Assembly: GCF_032444005.1 (NCBI RefSeq)
Contig: NC_091283.1
Coordinates: 146,630,001 to 146,694,000, forward strand
Origin: Ranitomeya imitator
Taxonomy: Eukaryota
DNA length: 64,000 bases
Reading direction: 5' to 3'
Shown here: positions 46,683 to 58,999 of the stretch, one piece after another
Layout of the letters: every line of letters begins with the position of its first letter
Position numbering within the stretch: the first letter of the stretch is position 1
The notes under the pieces: model-generated
Told to the model about the DNA's origin: nothing
Seen by the model: only the letters and a program-made list of their open reading frames with translations
Databases searched by the model: none
Translations under genes and position numbers: made by a program

Positions 46683-49388
46683 GTTGTTATAAAGAAGTTC
46701 ATTTCTTGTAGTGGCTTTTGCCCTTCTATACCCCCTCCTAATCATTCGCTGACTATACCCTCTGTCCTCAGATCTTCTAGTCAGTTCCTCGCACTGTTTC
46801 TCAAACAAAATGTCATTCGAACATATCCGTTTGACGCGTAGGAACGGGCCTATTGGGATGCCTCTGATCGTGTTTCCTGGATGGGACGACCCTGCATGCA
46901 GATACGAATTGGTGGAACTAGGTTTTCTGAACACGTCCGTATGCACAGAACCATCACTGGCAGTTTCCACCCAGATGTCAAGGAATTCCAGACTCCTGCC
47001 AGATTTAAAGGTGAGTTTCACATTAATGTTGTTGTTATTGAGTTTCCTCATAAGTGTCTCCAAACCTTCTTCATTACCCCCCCACACAAACATCACATCA
47101 TCAATATATCGTATCCAACTTTGGACCTGTCCCATTTCCACGATACCATCCCCTAAAAAGATGTCTCTCTCCCAGGCTCCTAAAAATAAATTTGCGTATG
47201 AGGGGGCGCATGAAGCCCCCATAGCCGTACCTTGTAATTGGAGGTAGATGTTCTTATCAAAGATGAAGACATTGTATTTCAAAACAAATTCGAGTAGTGT
47301 CAAAATTAGATCCGCCAATCGACTTTCTATGTTGCTTGCTCGGAGGAACCATGCCGTGGCTGCCAACCCGTCATCATGTCGGATTGACGTGTAAAGGGAT
47401 TCGATGTCAGCCGTGACTAGAATTTGATTCTCCTCTAGTTGTAGTTGATCGATTCGTTGCAAAGCCTGGGTGGTGTCCCTAACAAAAGAGGGGAGGGTAG
47501 AAACGATGGGTTTGAGAAAATAGTCCAACACATCCGCAACAATTTCACATAGACCACCTATACCGGCCACAATTGTTCGCCCAGGAGGGTCTAGGGCATT
47601 TTTGTGTACCTTGGGGATCAAGTAGAAAGTTGCCAATTTTGGCTGATAATCCCGAATCCTGTCCAGAAAGGTTTTTGTGATCAGACCGTCATCATAAGCT
47701 CTCTCTAAGATCACCACCAGCTCCTGTTGAAATAAAGTGGTGGGGTTAGAAGCCAAGCGCTTATAGCATGTCTCATTTTTAAGTAACCTGTTAGCTTGCC
47801 TAACATACATGTCCACCGGCCAGACCACCAGGTTACCCCCCCTTGTCCGCTGGTTTATACACGTCTTCCCAACTTTTAAGTTCATCAAGGGCTATGCGTT
47901 CTTCCTTAGACAGATTGTCCTTATATCTCTGAAATTTGGCCATAGCATGGATCTCATTACTAACTAGACGTGTGAATACCTCCACTGCCGGGCATAAATT
48001 TAAGGGCGGGAAATTTTTAGATTTTACAAATAGGCTGGATGGAATTATGCTTACCTCCTGTTGCTCGGCTTCCAAGGATTCCAAAATTTCCACCACCTCT
48101 CTATCCTCCATTGTAATTGAAGCTGTCGGATTACACCCAGTTGGTTTAAAATGTAATTTTTTCAAAATGATCTTACGTGCAAATAAGTTTAAATCTTTTA
48201 TCGCAGTAAAGGGGTCTAGGAGAGAGGAGGGAGAGAAAGTAAGCCCCTTCACCAATAAACCAATCTGTGAATTTGTCAGGACATGTTTGGATAAATTAAT
48301 TACCTTCATATTGTCCCTAGAGGTCTCAGGGTACAGTTGTATCCGACCTTTGACTTGAATAGTGAAGAATTGATCACAAAATGGATGGATACTGCCTCAA
48401 ACTGCTCTTTGGATTTTATTAGAATAATAATTGAACATAATACGGCTAGTCTCAAGGATATGGATAAGGAGTTGGAGTCCATCTACAAACTGTTGGAGGC
48501 AGGTATGAGTAAGGAATCTCTGGAGTCCTGGTTCAAAGAACTGGGAAAAGATGTGGATAAATGGGAGGAGGATGTCAGTGGTGGCAAACTGAAGAAGTTT
48601 GTACGGGATAATAAAGACTATGAAACATGTAAAGTATATAAGTGGCAACAGAAGAAAGTGGAGATTCCATCTCAACAAACTGGAACAGATACATCTGACG
48701 CCTCGAGTGTCTCTGGAAGTGAGAGCTGGAGATCCTCTAATGAAATTACCTATAGCCGTGATTTTCACTTGAGGAGTGGGAGGCGTAAATATGCTGATAT
48801 ATTTCATAAACCCAAGGGACAGAAGAAAGCAAGGGACAATATGAAGGTAATTAATTTATCTAAACATGTCCTGACAAATTCACAGATTGGTTTATTGGAG
48901 AAGGGGCTTACTTTCTCTCCCTCCTCTCTCCTAGACCCCTTTACTGCGATAAAAGATTTAAACTTATTTGCACGTAAGATCATTTTGAAAAAATTACATT
49001 TTAAACCAACTGGGTGTGATCCGACAGCTTCAATTACAATGGAGGATAGAGAGGTGGTGGAAATTTTGTAATCCTTGGAAGCCGAGCAACAGGAGGTAAG
49101 CATAATTCCATCCGGCCTATTTGTAAAATCTAAAAATTTTCCGCCCTTAAATTTATGCCCGGCAGTGGAGGTATTCACACGTCTAATTAGTAATGAGATC
49201 CATGCTATGGCCAAATCTCAGAGATATAAGGACAATTTGTCTAAGGAGGAACGCATAGCCCTTGATGAACTTAAAAGTTGGGAAGACGTTGTGTATAAAC
49301 CAGCGGACAAGGGGGGTAACCTGGTGGTCTGGCTGGTGGACATGTATGTTAGGCAAGCTAACAGGTTACTTAAAAATGAGACATGCTA

Positions 49389-49978
49389 CGAACAGAGCAG
49401 AGCACCGTATATGGCACAGCAATGGGGCACAATGAACGGTGCAAAGCACCGTATATGGCACAGCAATGGGGCACAATGAACGGTGCAGAGCACCGTATAT
49501 GGCACAGCAATGGGGCACAATGAACGGTGCAAAGCACCGTATATGGCACAGCAATGGGGCACAATGAACGGTGCAGAGCACCGTATATGGCACAGCAATG
49601 GGGCACAATGAACGGAGCAGAGCACCGTATATGGGCACAGATATGGGGCACAATGAACGGTGCAGAGCACTGTATATGGCACAGCAATGGGGCACAATGA
49701 ACGGTGCAGAGCACCGTATATGGCACAGCTATGGGGCACAATGAACGGTGCAGAGCACTATATGGGGCACAGCTATGGGGAAATAATGAACGGTGTAGAG
49801 CACTATATGGCACAGCTATGGGGAAATAATGATCTATTTTTATTTTTGAAATTCACCGGTAAATGCTGCATTTCCACCCTAGGCTTATACTCGAGTCAAT
49901 AAGTTTTCCCAGTTTTTTGTGGCAAAATTAGGGGGGGTCGGCTTATACTCGGGTCGGCTTATACTCGAGTATATACGG
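49389..49978. mobile_element. One-ended MITE fragment with a 44-bp tandem array (about 10 copies)
   Basis: Unit AGCACCGTATATGGCACAGCAATGGGGCACAATGAACGGTGCAG; ends GGCTTATACTCGAGTATATACGG|TA (pogo/Tc2-type TIR); flanked by a 22-bp duplication. Confidence 0.75.
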
Positions 49979-52900
49979 TACTTAAAAATGAGACATGCTA
50001 TAAGCGCTTGGCTTCTAACCCCACCACTTTATTTCAACAGGAGCTGGTGGTGATCTTAGAGAGAGCTTATGATGACGGTCTGATCACAAAAACCTTTCTG
50101 GACAGGATTCGGGATTATCAGCCAAAATTGGCAACTTTCTACTTGATCCCCAAGGTACACAAAAATGCCCTAGACCCTCCTGGGCGACCAATTGTGGCCG
50201 GTATAGGAGGTCTATGTGAAATTGTCGCGGATCTGGTGGACTATTTTCTCAAACCCATCGTTTCTACCCTCCCCTCTTTTGTTAGGGACACCACCCAGGC
50301 TTTGCAACGAATCGATCAACTACAACTAGAGGAGAATCAAATTCTAGTCACGGCTGACATCGAATCCCTTTACACGTCAATCCGACATGATGACGGGTTG
50401 GCAGCCACGGCATGGTTCCTCCGAGCAAGCAACATAGAAAGTCGATTGGCGGATCCAATTTTGACACTACTCAAATTTGTTCTGAAACACAATGTCTTCA
50501 TCTTTGATAAGAACATCTACCTCCAATTACAAGGTACGGCTATGGGGGCTTCATGCGCCCCCTCATACGCAAATTTATTTTTATGATCCTGGATGAGAGA
50601 CATCTTTTTAGGGGATGGTATCGTGAAAATGGGACAGGTCCAAAGTTGGATACGATATATTGATGATGTGATGTTTGTGTGGGGGGGTAATGAAGAAGGT
50701 TTGGAGACACTTATGAGGAAACTCAATAACAACAACATTAATGTGAAACTCACCTTTAAATCTGGCAGGAGTCTGGAATTCCTTGACATCTGGGTGGAAA
50801 CTGCCAGTGATGGTTCTGTGCATACGGACGTGTTCAGAAAACCTAGTTCCACCAATTCGTATCTGCATGCAGGGTCGTCCCATCCAGGAAACACGATCAG
50901 AGGCATCCCAATAGGTCAGTTCCTACGCCTCAAACGTATATGGTCGAATGACATTTTGTTTGAGAAACAGTGCGAGGAAATGACTAGAAGATCTGAGGAC
51001 AGAGGGTATAGTCGGCGAATGATTAGGAGGGGGTATAGAAGGGCGAAAGCCACTACAAGAAATTAACTTCTTTATAACAACGAGATTAAGGAAAAGAAGG
51101 ATGATAAGCAGGTCCGCTTCATTTCCACTTACAATGGACAATGGAATAACTTGAGGGATCTTATTAACAGACATTGGAAGGTTTTGCTAACAGACCCCGT
51201 CCTCAAACAGTGTTTACCCCAGGCCCCACAGTGTGTGGCCCGACGTTCAGCTAATGTCAAAGATTTGTTGGTACATAGCCACTTCAATCCGAAAAGTCCC
51301 TCTTCGGGTAGTAAACTATCCCCTGGCTTTTTCCCATGTGGGCTGTGTAAAGCCTGTTTAAATTTGGATAGGTCTAAATACTTTTTTAATGCGGACGGTA
51401 CACGAAGATACGACATTTGCAAACATCTTACCTGTTCATCTAAACAAATCATTTACCAAGCAACATTCCCCTGTGGGAAAATATATATTGGTCTGACTAC
51501 TAGAGAATTCAAATTGAGGGTGAGAGAGCATATTTTGGATATTGAGAAGGCGGCCAATGTTGGGAATGACACATTGTTAAAGACGTTACCACGACATTTC
51601 AAGAGACACCACAACTGCAAATCTCGAGGCCTAAGATTCAAAGCCATTGACCAATTAGATTTGGGAGTCAGAGGAGGAGATACAAGCAAAATGTTGGCAC
51701 AATTGGAATGCCGTTGGATTTTTCGTTTAGGCGCCCTGAGCCCTGTAGGTCTGAATGAGAATATGGGATTCTCTGCTTTTTTGTAACTGGTATCTTTTTA
51801 GGGGTTGAGGGGTATATTGCATTGTAACTGTTGTATTGCTCATGGAATGTACACTTTATTTTCTGTGATTTTATCTTCGAATTGTCATTTTTTTTATCCT
51901 TTTTTTAGTATATGAGAGGCTTTAACTGTTTGATCTATCCAGGATACCTGTTCCTTTCTATGGAGTACATGGCTCAGAATATCCGGCAGAAATATGAAGA
52001 GGATGTATGAAGAATCAAGAAGGAAGAATTGTCTACTATTATCAATATAACATTATGTAATATTATATTTTTTATGTACTTTTTAGGCCTTGCACCTCTT
52101 AAGGGGGTTCTTTTAGTATTGTACATGCTTCTTTATCCTTGGGGGGTCTTTTTAGGTAATCATTATTGGCACCTAGATACACTTCTATTCTTATATAGTT
52201 TTTGTTGTTAGGTTACCTATATATATTATGTGAGTAGGTTTTTAATATCATCATAGTAATATGAGCATTATTATATAGAACTATTAGCACGTTATTGTAT
52301 AGGAGTATTTATATACCGTGGGGATATTCTGCATTTTTATTTTCATTATTATCTTCTCTTTTTTCATCTTTATATGCACAGGGTACTTTATATTGGGTAT
52401 CTCCATAGTGGGAACGCTCTCAGGGTCTATATAGGCTATTGGATAGGGATATACATATATATATATATATATTGAGATATAGGGTTGGCATTAGATGCCA
52501 CTCCCCTTTTATAGTGTGTGGCAGACCTTTTCGATTGACTTTCCTTCCTTTTTTCTTTCCCCGTTTTTCTTTTTTATTTGCACCTAAGTCACCATTAAAA
52601 GTTTTTTACTGCACTGACATTTTAGGTAATTAATAGTGACCTTATCGCCCTATATGGGGTTTATTATTAGGGAACCCCCCCCTCTGTTCTTTGTTCACAT
52701 TCATTCTTTGGATTTATTTATTCTTTTGCACTCCCTGTAGAATCATTACAATAAACATTGCAAATCGATTTATTTGTAAAACCATTTATTGCACTGTCAC
52801 GAGCACCATATGGGTAAAATTGTTTATATACCCAGCCTTCTCTGAGATTTCGATAGATTCGGTCACCTCCTGGTGAATTTGGGTATGGTTGCACTCACTA

Positions 52901-53174
52901 TTTCTCTGATTTCCTCTTCTTTTTGCCGCTTGGCTGTGATATTTTTCCTTTCTCCACGCCAGGCAGGTGCGCATGCGCAGTGGCTCCAGCTCGCCGTCGC
53001 TCCCTGAAACGCTCACACACTGACACGCATAGCTTATGCTTGCGTGTCACTGAGTGGCGAAGGGAAGCGCGTCATCTTGGGGGCGGAACCACACGCGATG
53101 CGCCGCCAGCTGCCGGCGGTTTCTGGACATTTACCTCTCATATATAAAGCACAGTTGCCCCTCACCTCGGCACG

Positions 53175-53211
53175 CCCCCGGAAGAAGCAGGAGACGAAAC
53201 GCGCGTCGGGG
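53175..53211 (+). ncRNA. Hammerhead-ribozyme-like motif, U4G core variant
   Basis: CCCC CGGAAGA AGCAGGAGAC GAAA CGCGC GTC GGGG; mirror copy of 33316-33352. Confidence 0.55.
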
Positions 53212-53833
53212 TGAGGGGACGCCATCTAGTACAAGGTAATACTACCTCTCTTTGCAGCTATGGATACTTTTTGTCAGCTATGTTGCTTCAGTGCGGTCAG
53301 CTTGGATTCTCCTATCACCACCGATACTTTATAATATAGCCACTGTGCTAGTGATTTTTGAGGTTGTCTGATGGTGGGTAGGTGGTGATCTGGAAGCGAT
53401 ATTTGTATTGGATATATTAAACCACTGTGTAAATAATTTCATGTTAGTACTCTGGAGTGAAATATCTACTGGCATAATCTGAGTGCATATTGAGTACGGA
53501 TTACTCTTGTTTTTCCTTGTCTTTTGGTGTCCCCTGCGGTTATTTTGCTTTTTGATTGTTTACTATTTTAAAATATACTAATAAACATTGGTTTTTATAT
53601 TGGGATCTCATCTTTCTTCCCACCAGTATTTGTGTGGGATTAGTTATACATAGTACTGTGAAGTGCCCTCTCTTATGGTGTCTCAGACATATGTGGAGTT
53701 AATTTAATACAATCAGTTGACTGTTGCCCTGTAGATAACTAGTATACTGGCTGCTAATAATGTAAATGGAAAACAAATTTTTTTCCTAAATACTTACATA
53801 ACGACTGTCCTGGTTAAAATCGCTCTTTGGCTT

Positions 53834-53877
53834 CCCCGACAGCGCCGTTTCGCCTGACTGGCTTCCTCAACGGGGGG
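53834..53877 (-). ncRNA. Hammerhead-ribozyme-like motif, C3U core variant
   Basis: Minus strand CCCCCC G TTGAGGA A GCC AGTCA GGC GAAA CGGCGCT GTC GGGG. Confidence 0.55.
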
Positions 53878-54202
53878 CATATGTGTCTATGGATGTCTGG
53901 CACTTCCTTAAATACTGCAATCTCAGCTGATGCCCACGTTGGTATAATCAGCGCACTATTGCGCATGCGCCAATCCCCGGACTTCCTTCAGCGAAATAGT
54001 GACTTCCGGATCCGTGTGCCTAAAACGCAAGCATGAAACGCTCACCCTCCTGCCGCGCACGGGGCCGAAAGTCACGAGGTCGTCACTGAAAGGCACATGC
54101 GTAGGCTGAATACCGAAGCCTAATATTAAATATTACTAAAATTGTTACAATGGCAAAATCACTAACACTCGAAAGACATCAGACGCCCGATCACTCTGCA
54201 CA

Positions 54203-54241
<39 letters not shown>

Positions 54242-54242
<1 letters not shown>

Positions 54243-55682
54243 TAGATGGTGGCCCGATTCTAGCGCATCGGGTATTCTAGAATATGCATGTCCACGTAGT
54301 ATATTGCCCAGCCAAGTAGTATATTGCCCAGCCACGCAGTATATTGCCCAGCCACGTAGTATATTGCACAGCTCACGTAGTATATTGCACAGCCCCGTAG
54401 TATATTGCCCAATCACGTAGTATATTGCCCAGCCACGTAGTATATTGCCCAGCCACGTAGTATATTGCCCAGCCACGTAGTATATTGCCCAACCACGTAG
54501 TATATTGCACAGCCACGTAGTATATTGCCCAATCACGTAGTATATTGCTCAGTTACGTAGTATATTGCCCAGTGACGTAGTATACAGCAAAGAGCCACGT
54601 AGTATATTGCACAGCCACGTAGTATATTGGCCAGTCACATAGTATATTGCCCAGCTATGTAGTATATTGCCCAGCTACGTAGTATATTGCCCAGTTACGT
54701 AGTATATTGCCCAGTGACGTTGTATATTGCCCAGCCACGTAGTATATTGCCCAGCCACGTAGTATATTGCCCAGCCACGTAGTATATTGCCCAGTTACGT
54801 AGTATATTGCCCAGCCACGTAGTATATTGCCCAGTGACGTTGTATATTGAACAGCCACGTAGTATATTGCCCAGCCACGTATGTCACAGGTTAAAAAATA
54901 AACATATACTCACCTTCCGAGGGAGCCCTTGTAGTCATGTAGCCTGTGTGCAGTGCACTCGGCAGCTTCCGGTCCCAGGGTTGGTAGCGCAGGACCCGTG
55001 ATGACGTCGCGGTCACATGACCGTGACGCCATGGCAGGTCCTTCTCACGCAGGACCTGTGATGAGGTCGCGGTCACATGACCGTGACGTCATGGCAGGTC
55101 GTCGCATACCATACTTAGCACCGGAACCTGCCGCTTGCATGGAGCGGTTACTGGAGCGTCGCGAGGAGCTGGAAAGGCGGCGGAAGGTGAGTATATAATG
55201 ATTTTTTATTTTTTTTAACATTAGATCCTTTTACTATTGACGCTGCATACGCAGCATCAATAGTAAAAACTTGGTCACACAGGGTTAATAGCGGCAGTAA
55301 CGGAGTAAGTTACCCGCGGCATAACGCGGTCCGTTACCGCTGGCATTAACCCTGTGTGAGCGGTGACCGGAGGGGAGTATGGAGCGGGCACTGACTGCGG
55401 GGAGTAGGGAGGGACTAATCGGACTGTGGCAGTCGCTGATTGGTCATGGCAGCCATGACAGGCAGCTGGTGAGATCAATCAGCGACTTGGATTCCATGAC
55501 AGACAGAGGCCGCGACCAATGAATATCCGGGACAGACAGATGGAAGTGACCCTTAGAAAATTATATAGTAGATACCCGATGCGTTAATACAGGCCACGCA
55601 ATATATAACAGTGGCCACGCACCAATGAATATCCGTGATAGACAGACAGACGGTAGTGACCCTTGGACAATTATATAGTAGA
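54242..55682 (-). mobile_element. Non-autonomous Helitron with a duplicated 5' end
   Basis: Minus strand starts A|TCTACTATATAAT (55682 and 55572) and ends CCATCTAG|T (54242). Hairpin CCCGAT/ATCGGG 11 nt from the 3' end; no TSD. Confidence 0.8.
54292..54880. repeat. 20-bp tandem array inside the Helitron, about 29 copies
   Basis: Unit GTAGTATATTGCCCAGCCAC. Confidence 0.95.
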
Positions 55683-55899
55683 TACACACATATATATATA
55701 CACACATCGGTGACATCAGACACAGACGCCTGGTCACTCTGCAGTGTAATCCTGGGTATATATGACCCTGGTTTGGGCAGAGTCCTCCCAGCAGACACTT
55801 CTTCCCGCCGCTCTGGAGTTCTATGGCGGCTCCTGGATTCTCCGGCTGACTCGTCCGGCCACACAGAAGCTCCGGAGAGAAGATCCAATCTCTAGACGC

Positions 55900-56180
55900 A
55901 TCACTACAGCGGATTTGTGCGCACTGCGCAGCTAAATCACGTGACTCCACACTGTCACATGACCCACTGCCGTTAAGATGCCCTTTACGTATGTCCTATT
56001 TCCCAGCATTCCCCTCTCTGCTAGTCTTAGACATTTATAATGGAATACCGATGAGGCCGCACTTTGTGTTGTGGTTGTAGGAAATTCTACTCTGTGCTCG
56101 GATAGTTCAGTCCTAGAATCCACGCGATGATGCCGGCGGCCGCGTGCGCTCCACGGGGATAACACAGAACGTACCGAAAG
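55900..56180 (+). promoter_or_regulatory. SURF6: Candidate SURF6 promoter / non-coding first exon
   Basis: CpG-rich patch with NRF1-like TGCGCACTGCGCA (55918-55930) and E-box TCACGTGA (55937-55944). The coding ATG is preceded by a splice acceptor, so an upstream exon is implied. Confidence 0.45.
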
Positions 56181-56199
56181 TACTGATCTGCACCGACCG

Positions 56200-58010
56200 A
56201 TGGCAGCACCCTCCCCTCTCATGTGTCACCCCCGACCCTCTCTCCTCCGTGTCCCCCCCATCTCCTCTGTGTGTGTCCCCCCCTCCTCTGCATCCTCCTC
56301 CTTGGCCCTCCTCTGTGTCCTCCTCCCTGGCTCTCTCTCCTCTGTGTGTGTGTCCCCCCCCCCCCGGCCCTCTCCTCTGTGTGTACCCCCACCCCCCCCT
56401 CTCTCCTCTGTGTGTCCTCCTCGTCCTTCTCTCCTCTGTGTGTCCCCCCCGACCCTCTCTCCTCCGTGTCCACCACCCGCTCTCTGTATGTCCCCCCCTC
56501 CTCTGTATCCTCCCTTGCCCTCTCTCCTCTGTGTCCCCCCCCCCAACCCTCCTCTGTGTCCTCGTCCCCGGCCCTCTCTCCTCTGTGTGTCCCCCCCCCC
56601 TCTCTCCTCTGTGTCCCCACCCAACCCTCTCTCCTCTGTGTGTCCCCCCCCCCTCTCTCCTCTGTGTCCCCACCCAACCCTCTCTCCTCTGTGTGTCCCC
56701 CCCCCTCCCCCCCCCCCCCGGCCCTATCTCTGTATCCCCAGCCCTCCTCTGTGTCCTCCTGCCCGGCCCTCTCTTCTCTGTGTCCCCCCTGGCCCTCTCT
56801 ATGTGTGTCCCCCCCCCCCCCTGGCCCTCTCGTGTGTCCCCCCGACCCTCATGTGTCCCGGCCCCTCTCCTCTGTGTGTCCCCCCTGCCCTCTCTCCTCC
56901 GTGTCCCTGCCGTCCTCTGTGTGTCCTCCCCCCCCCGACCCTTTCTTCTCTGTGTGTCTTGCTCTGGCCCTCCTCTGCGTGTCCCCTGACACTCTCCTCT
57001 GCGTGTCCCGCCTCCCCGGCCCACTCTCCTGTGTCCCCTACCCCAACCCTCCTGTGTCCCGTTCCTCCGTGTCCTTTCCCCCACCGGCCCTCTCTCCTCT
57101 GCTTGTCCCCCGCACACCCCCCCCCCCCCCCTCCCTGGCCCTCCTGTGTCCCCCCTCCCCGGCCCTCTCTCCTCTGTGTCGCCCCCCCCCCCCCCCCCCC
57201 AGCCCTCTCTCCTCTGTGTCCCGCTCCTCCGTGTCCTCCTTCCCCCCCCTGGCCATCTCTCCCGTGTCCCCCCGTCCCAGCCCTCTCTGTGTGGTCCCTC
57301 TCCGGCCCTCTCTCCTCTTGGTGGTCGTGTCCCCCCAGCCCTACCTTCTATGTGTGTGTCCCCCGGCCCTCTCTTTTCTGTGTGGTCCCTGGCCTTCTCT
57401 GTGTGGCCCCCCCCCCTTGGCCCTCTCCTTTTGGGCGTTCCCTTTCCCCACCTGGATCTCTCCTCTGTGCTTCACTTTCCACCGTCCTCTCTCCTCTGTT
57501 CTCCCTCTCCCCGTGGCCCTCCTCTGTTCCCCACTTCCACCCCAGCCCTTTCTCCTCTGTGCCCCTCTTCCCCCCGACCCTCTCTCCTCTGTGCTCACCC
57601 TCTCTCCTCTGTTCCCCCGCTCCCCGTGACCCTTTCTCCTCTGTGCCCCCCTCACACTCTCTCCCCTGTGCTCCTCGTGGCCCTCTCCTTTTGGGCGTTC
57701 CCTTTCCCCACCTGGATCTCTCCTCTGTGCTTCACTTTCCACCGTCCTTTCTCCTCTGTTCCCCCCTCTCCCCGTGGCCCTCCTCTATTCCCCACTTCCA
57801 CCCCAGCCCTTTCTCCTCTGTGCCCCTCTTCCCCCCGACCCTCTCTCCTCTGTGCTCACCCTCTCTCCTCTGTTCCCCCGCTCCCCGTGACCCTTTCTCC
57901 TCTGTGCCCCCCTCACACTCTCTCCCCTGTGTTCCCCGTGGCCCTCTTTCCTCTGTGCCCTCCCAATCTGTCTTGCCTACTTTTCTCTGTCTTCTTACCC
58001 TCTCCCTCCC
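56200..58010. repeat. 1.8-kb pyrimidine-rich low-complexity tract with a 260-bp internal duplication
   Basis: CCCTCTCTCCTCTGTGTGTCCCC motifs; duplication 57418-57677 / 57678-about 57940. Confidence 0.9.
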
Positions 58011-58053
58011 ATGTACCGTAACTGATGCCTGTTTTCTCTGTTTCCAGGTGACT

Positions 58054-58144
58054 ATGGCATCTCTGGTGAGGAAGGACTCATATTTTCAGAGTTTGGGCAG
58101 AAAGGTTTGTGCACAGCCAAGCAAAGAAACGAAGCATAAAGCAG
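58054..58144 (+). CDS. SURF6: SURF6 coding exon 1
   Basis: ttccag|gtgactATG; MASLVRKDSYFQSLGRKVCAQPSKETKHKA|gtaagg. Confidence 0.92.
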
Positions 58145-58690
58145 GTAAGGCCGACGCTTCCTCCTCATCCATCATGGAGAATGCTTGTTCATTGTCTCCC
58201 ATCACTCTTTTTTATATAATCATTAATGGTGTTTGTCTCTGTGGAAATGCGTCAGTATTTTAACCTTTTTGTATTAATCCACTTGGTTTTTATGGATTTT
58301 GAATACATGGTTGTGCCTAATGTCTTTCTCTCTCCATTTTTATTTTTGTTGTTTCCCTTTTAAGTTCAGTCGGCCATAGTAAACTTCTGGCCACTCACGT
58401 CTCCTAAATTGTGCGCGTGGTTCTTCCCGTTTGCTCATTTCCATAGCCAGATGAGTACAGGAGCTGACTGCCATTTTCGAGCACAAGTCTGGTCTGAAAA
58501 TATTACTGGCTTATTGCTAGCTGCAATTTTTTTTTCCATGCAGACAATTGATCTGTGTAGAAAAAAATCGGCCACATACACTGACAATAATGGATCCATG
58601 TGCAGTTTGTTACGCACACAACCAGATACAACCCATCTGAATGAACTCTGATCTTCACACTACATGCTGATGTCTCCCTTTAATTTCCAG

Positions 58691-58798
58691 ACTTTAAAGA
58701 TTCACAGTCCAGCGACCCCAAGAAGAAAAAAAAGAAGAAGAAGCCACCGAGAAAAGACCAGAAACCTTTGGTGACTTCTCCTGCACCACAGAGAGCAG
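58691..58798 (+). CDS. SURF6: SURF6 coding exon 2
   Basis: ttccag|AC TTT AAA...AGA GCA G|gtgact; Lys-rich PKKKKKKKK; 108 nt keeps the phase. Confidence 0.82.
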
Positions 58799-58999
58799 GT
58801 GACTGCAGAGGAGGGGTGGTAGGAGACGCTGTTTGTATGGGCGAGCATGGGGTGTCGGGCAGGGCTGGTGTACCTGTGGTATATGGGGGTCTCCTGCATT
58901 CTAGTGATATATGGTGAGCTGGTGTATATATGTGAGGATGAGGTAAGCACCATTATTTTTGAGGGGTTTTTGCATCTCACCCACTCTTGTTTCCTATAG

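Larger units (their letters stand above)
32876..48318 (-). mobile_element. Penelope-like retroelement, left copy, split by the Gypsy insertion at 35417-46682
   Basis: RT (LVTADIESLYT, GTAMGA, WIRYIDD) at 46689-47888; GIY-YIG (IIYQA..CGKIYIGLTTR) at 34705-35307. Reverse complement of 48832-53651. Confidence 0.9.
48337..53651 (+). mobile_element. Penelope-like retroelement, right copy; RT + GIY-YIG ORF disrupted
   Basis: ORF fragments 48337-49071, 49075-49388, 50001-50586, 50593-51066, 51151-51786 (YTSI, RYIDD, KIYIG); long 3' region with a hammerhead-like motif. Confidence 0.9.

Noticed and set aside
49389-49830. Regularly spaced repeats that superficially resemble a CRISPR array (also 54292-54880 and 6813-7370)
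   Set aside because: Head-to-tail units with no unique spacers, no cas genes, and a vertebrate context.
56113-58263. Long ORFs of 281-687 aa, Pro/Ser/Leu/Cys-rich or Gly/Arg/Glu-rich
   Set aside because: They arise from a C/T low-complexity tract that cannot easily form stop codons; open in several frames on both strands. Only the last part of one overlaps real SURF6 coding sequence.
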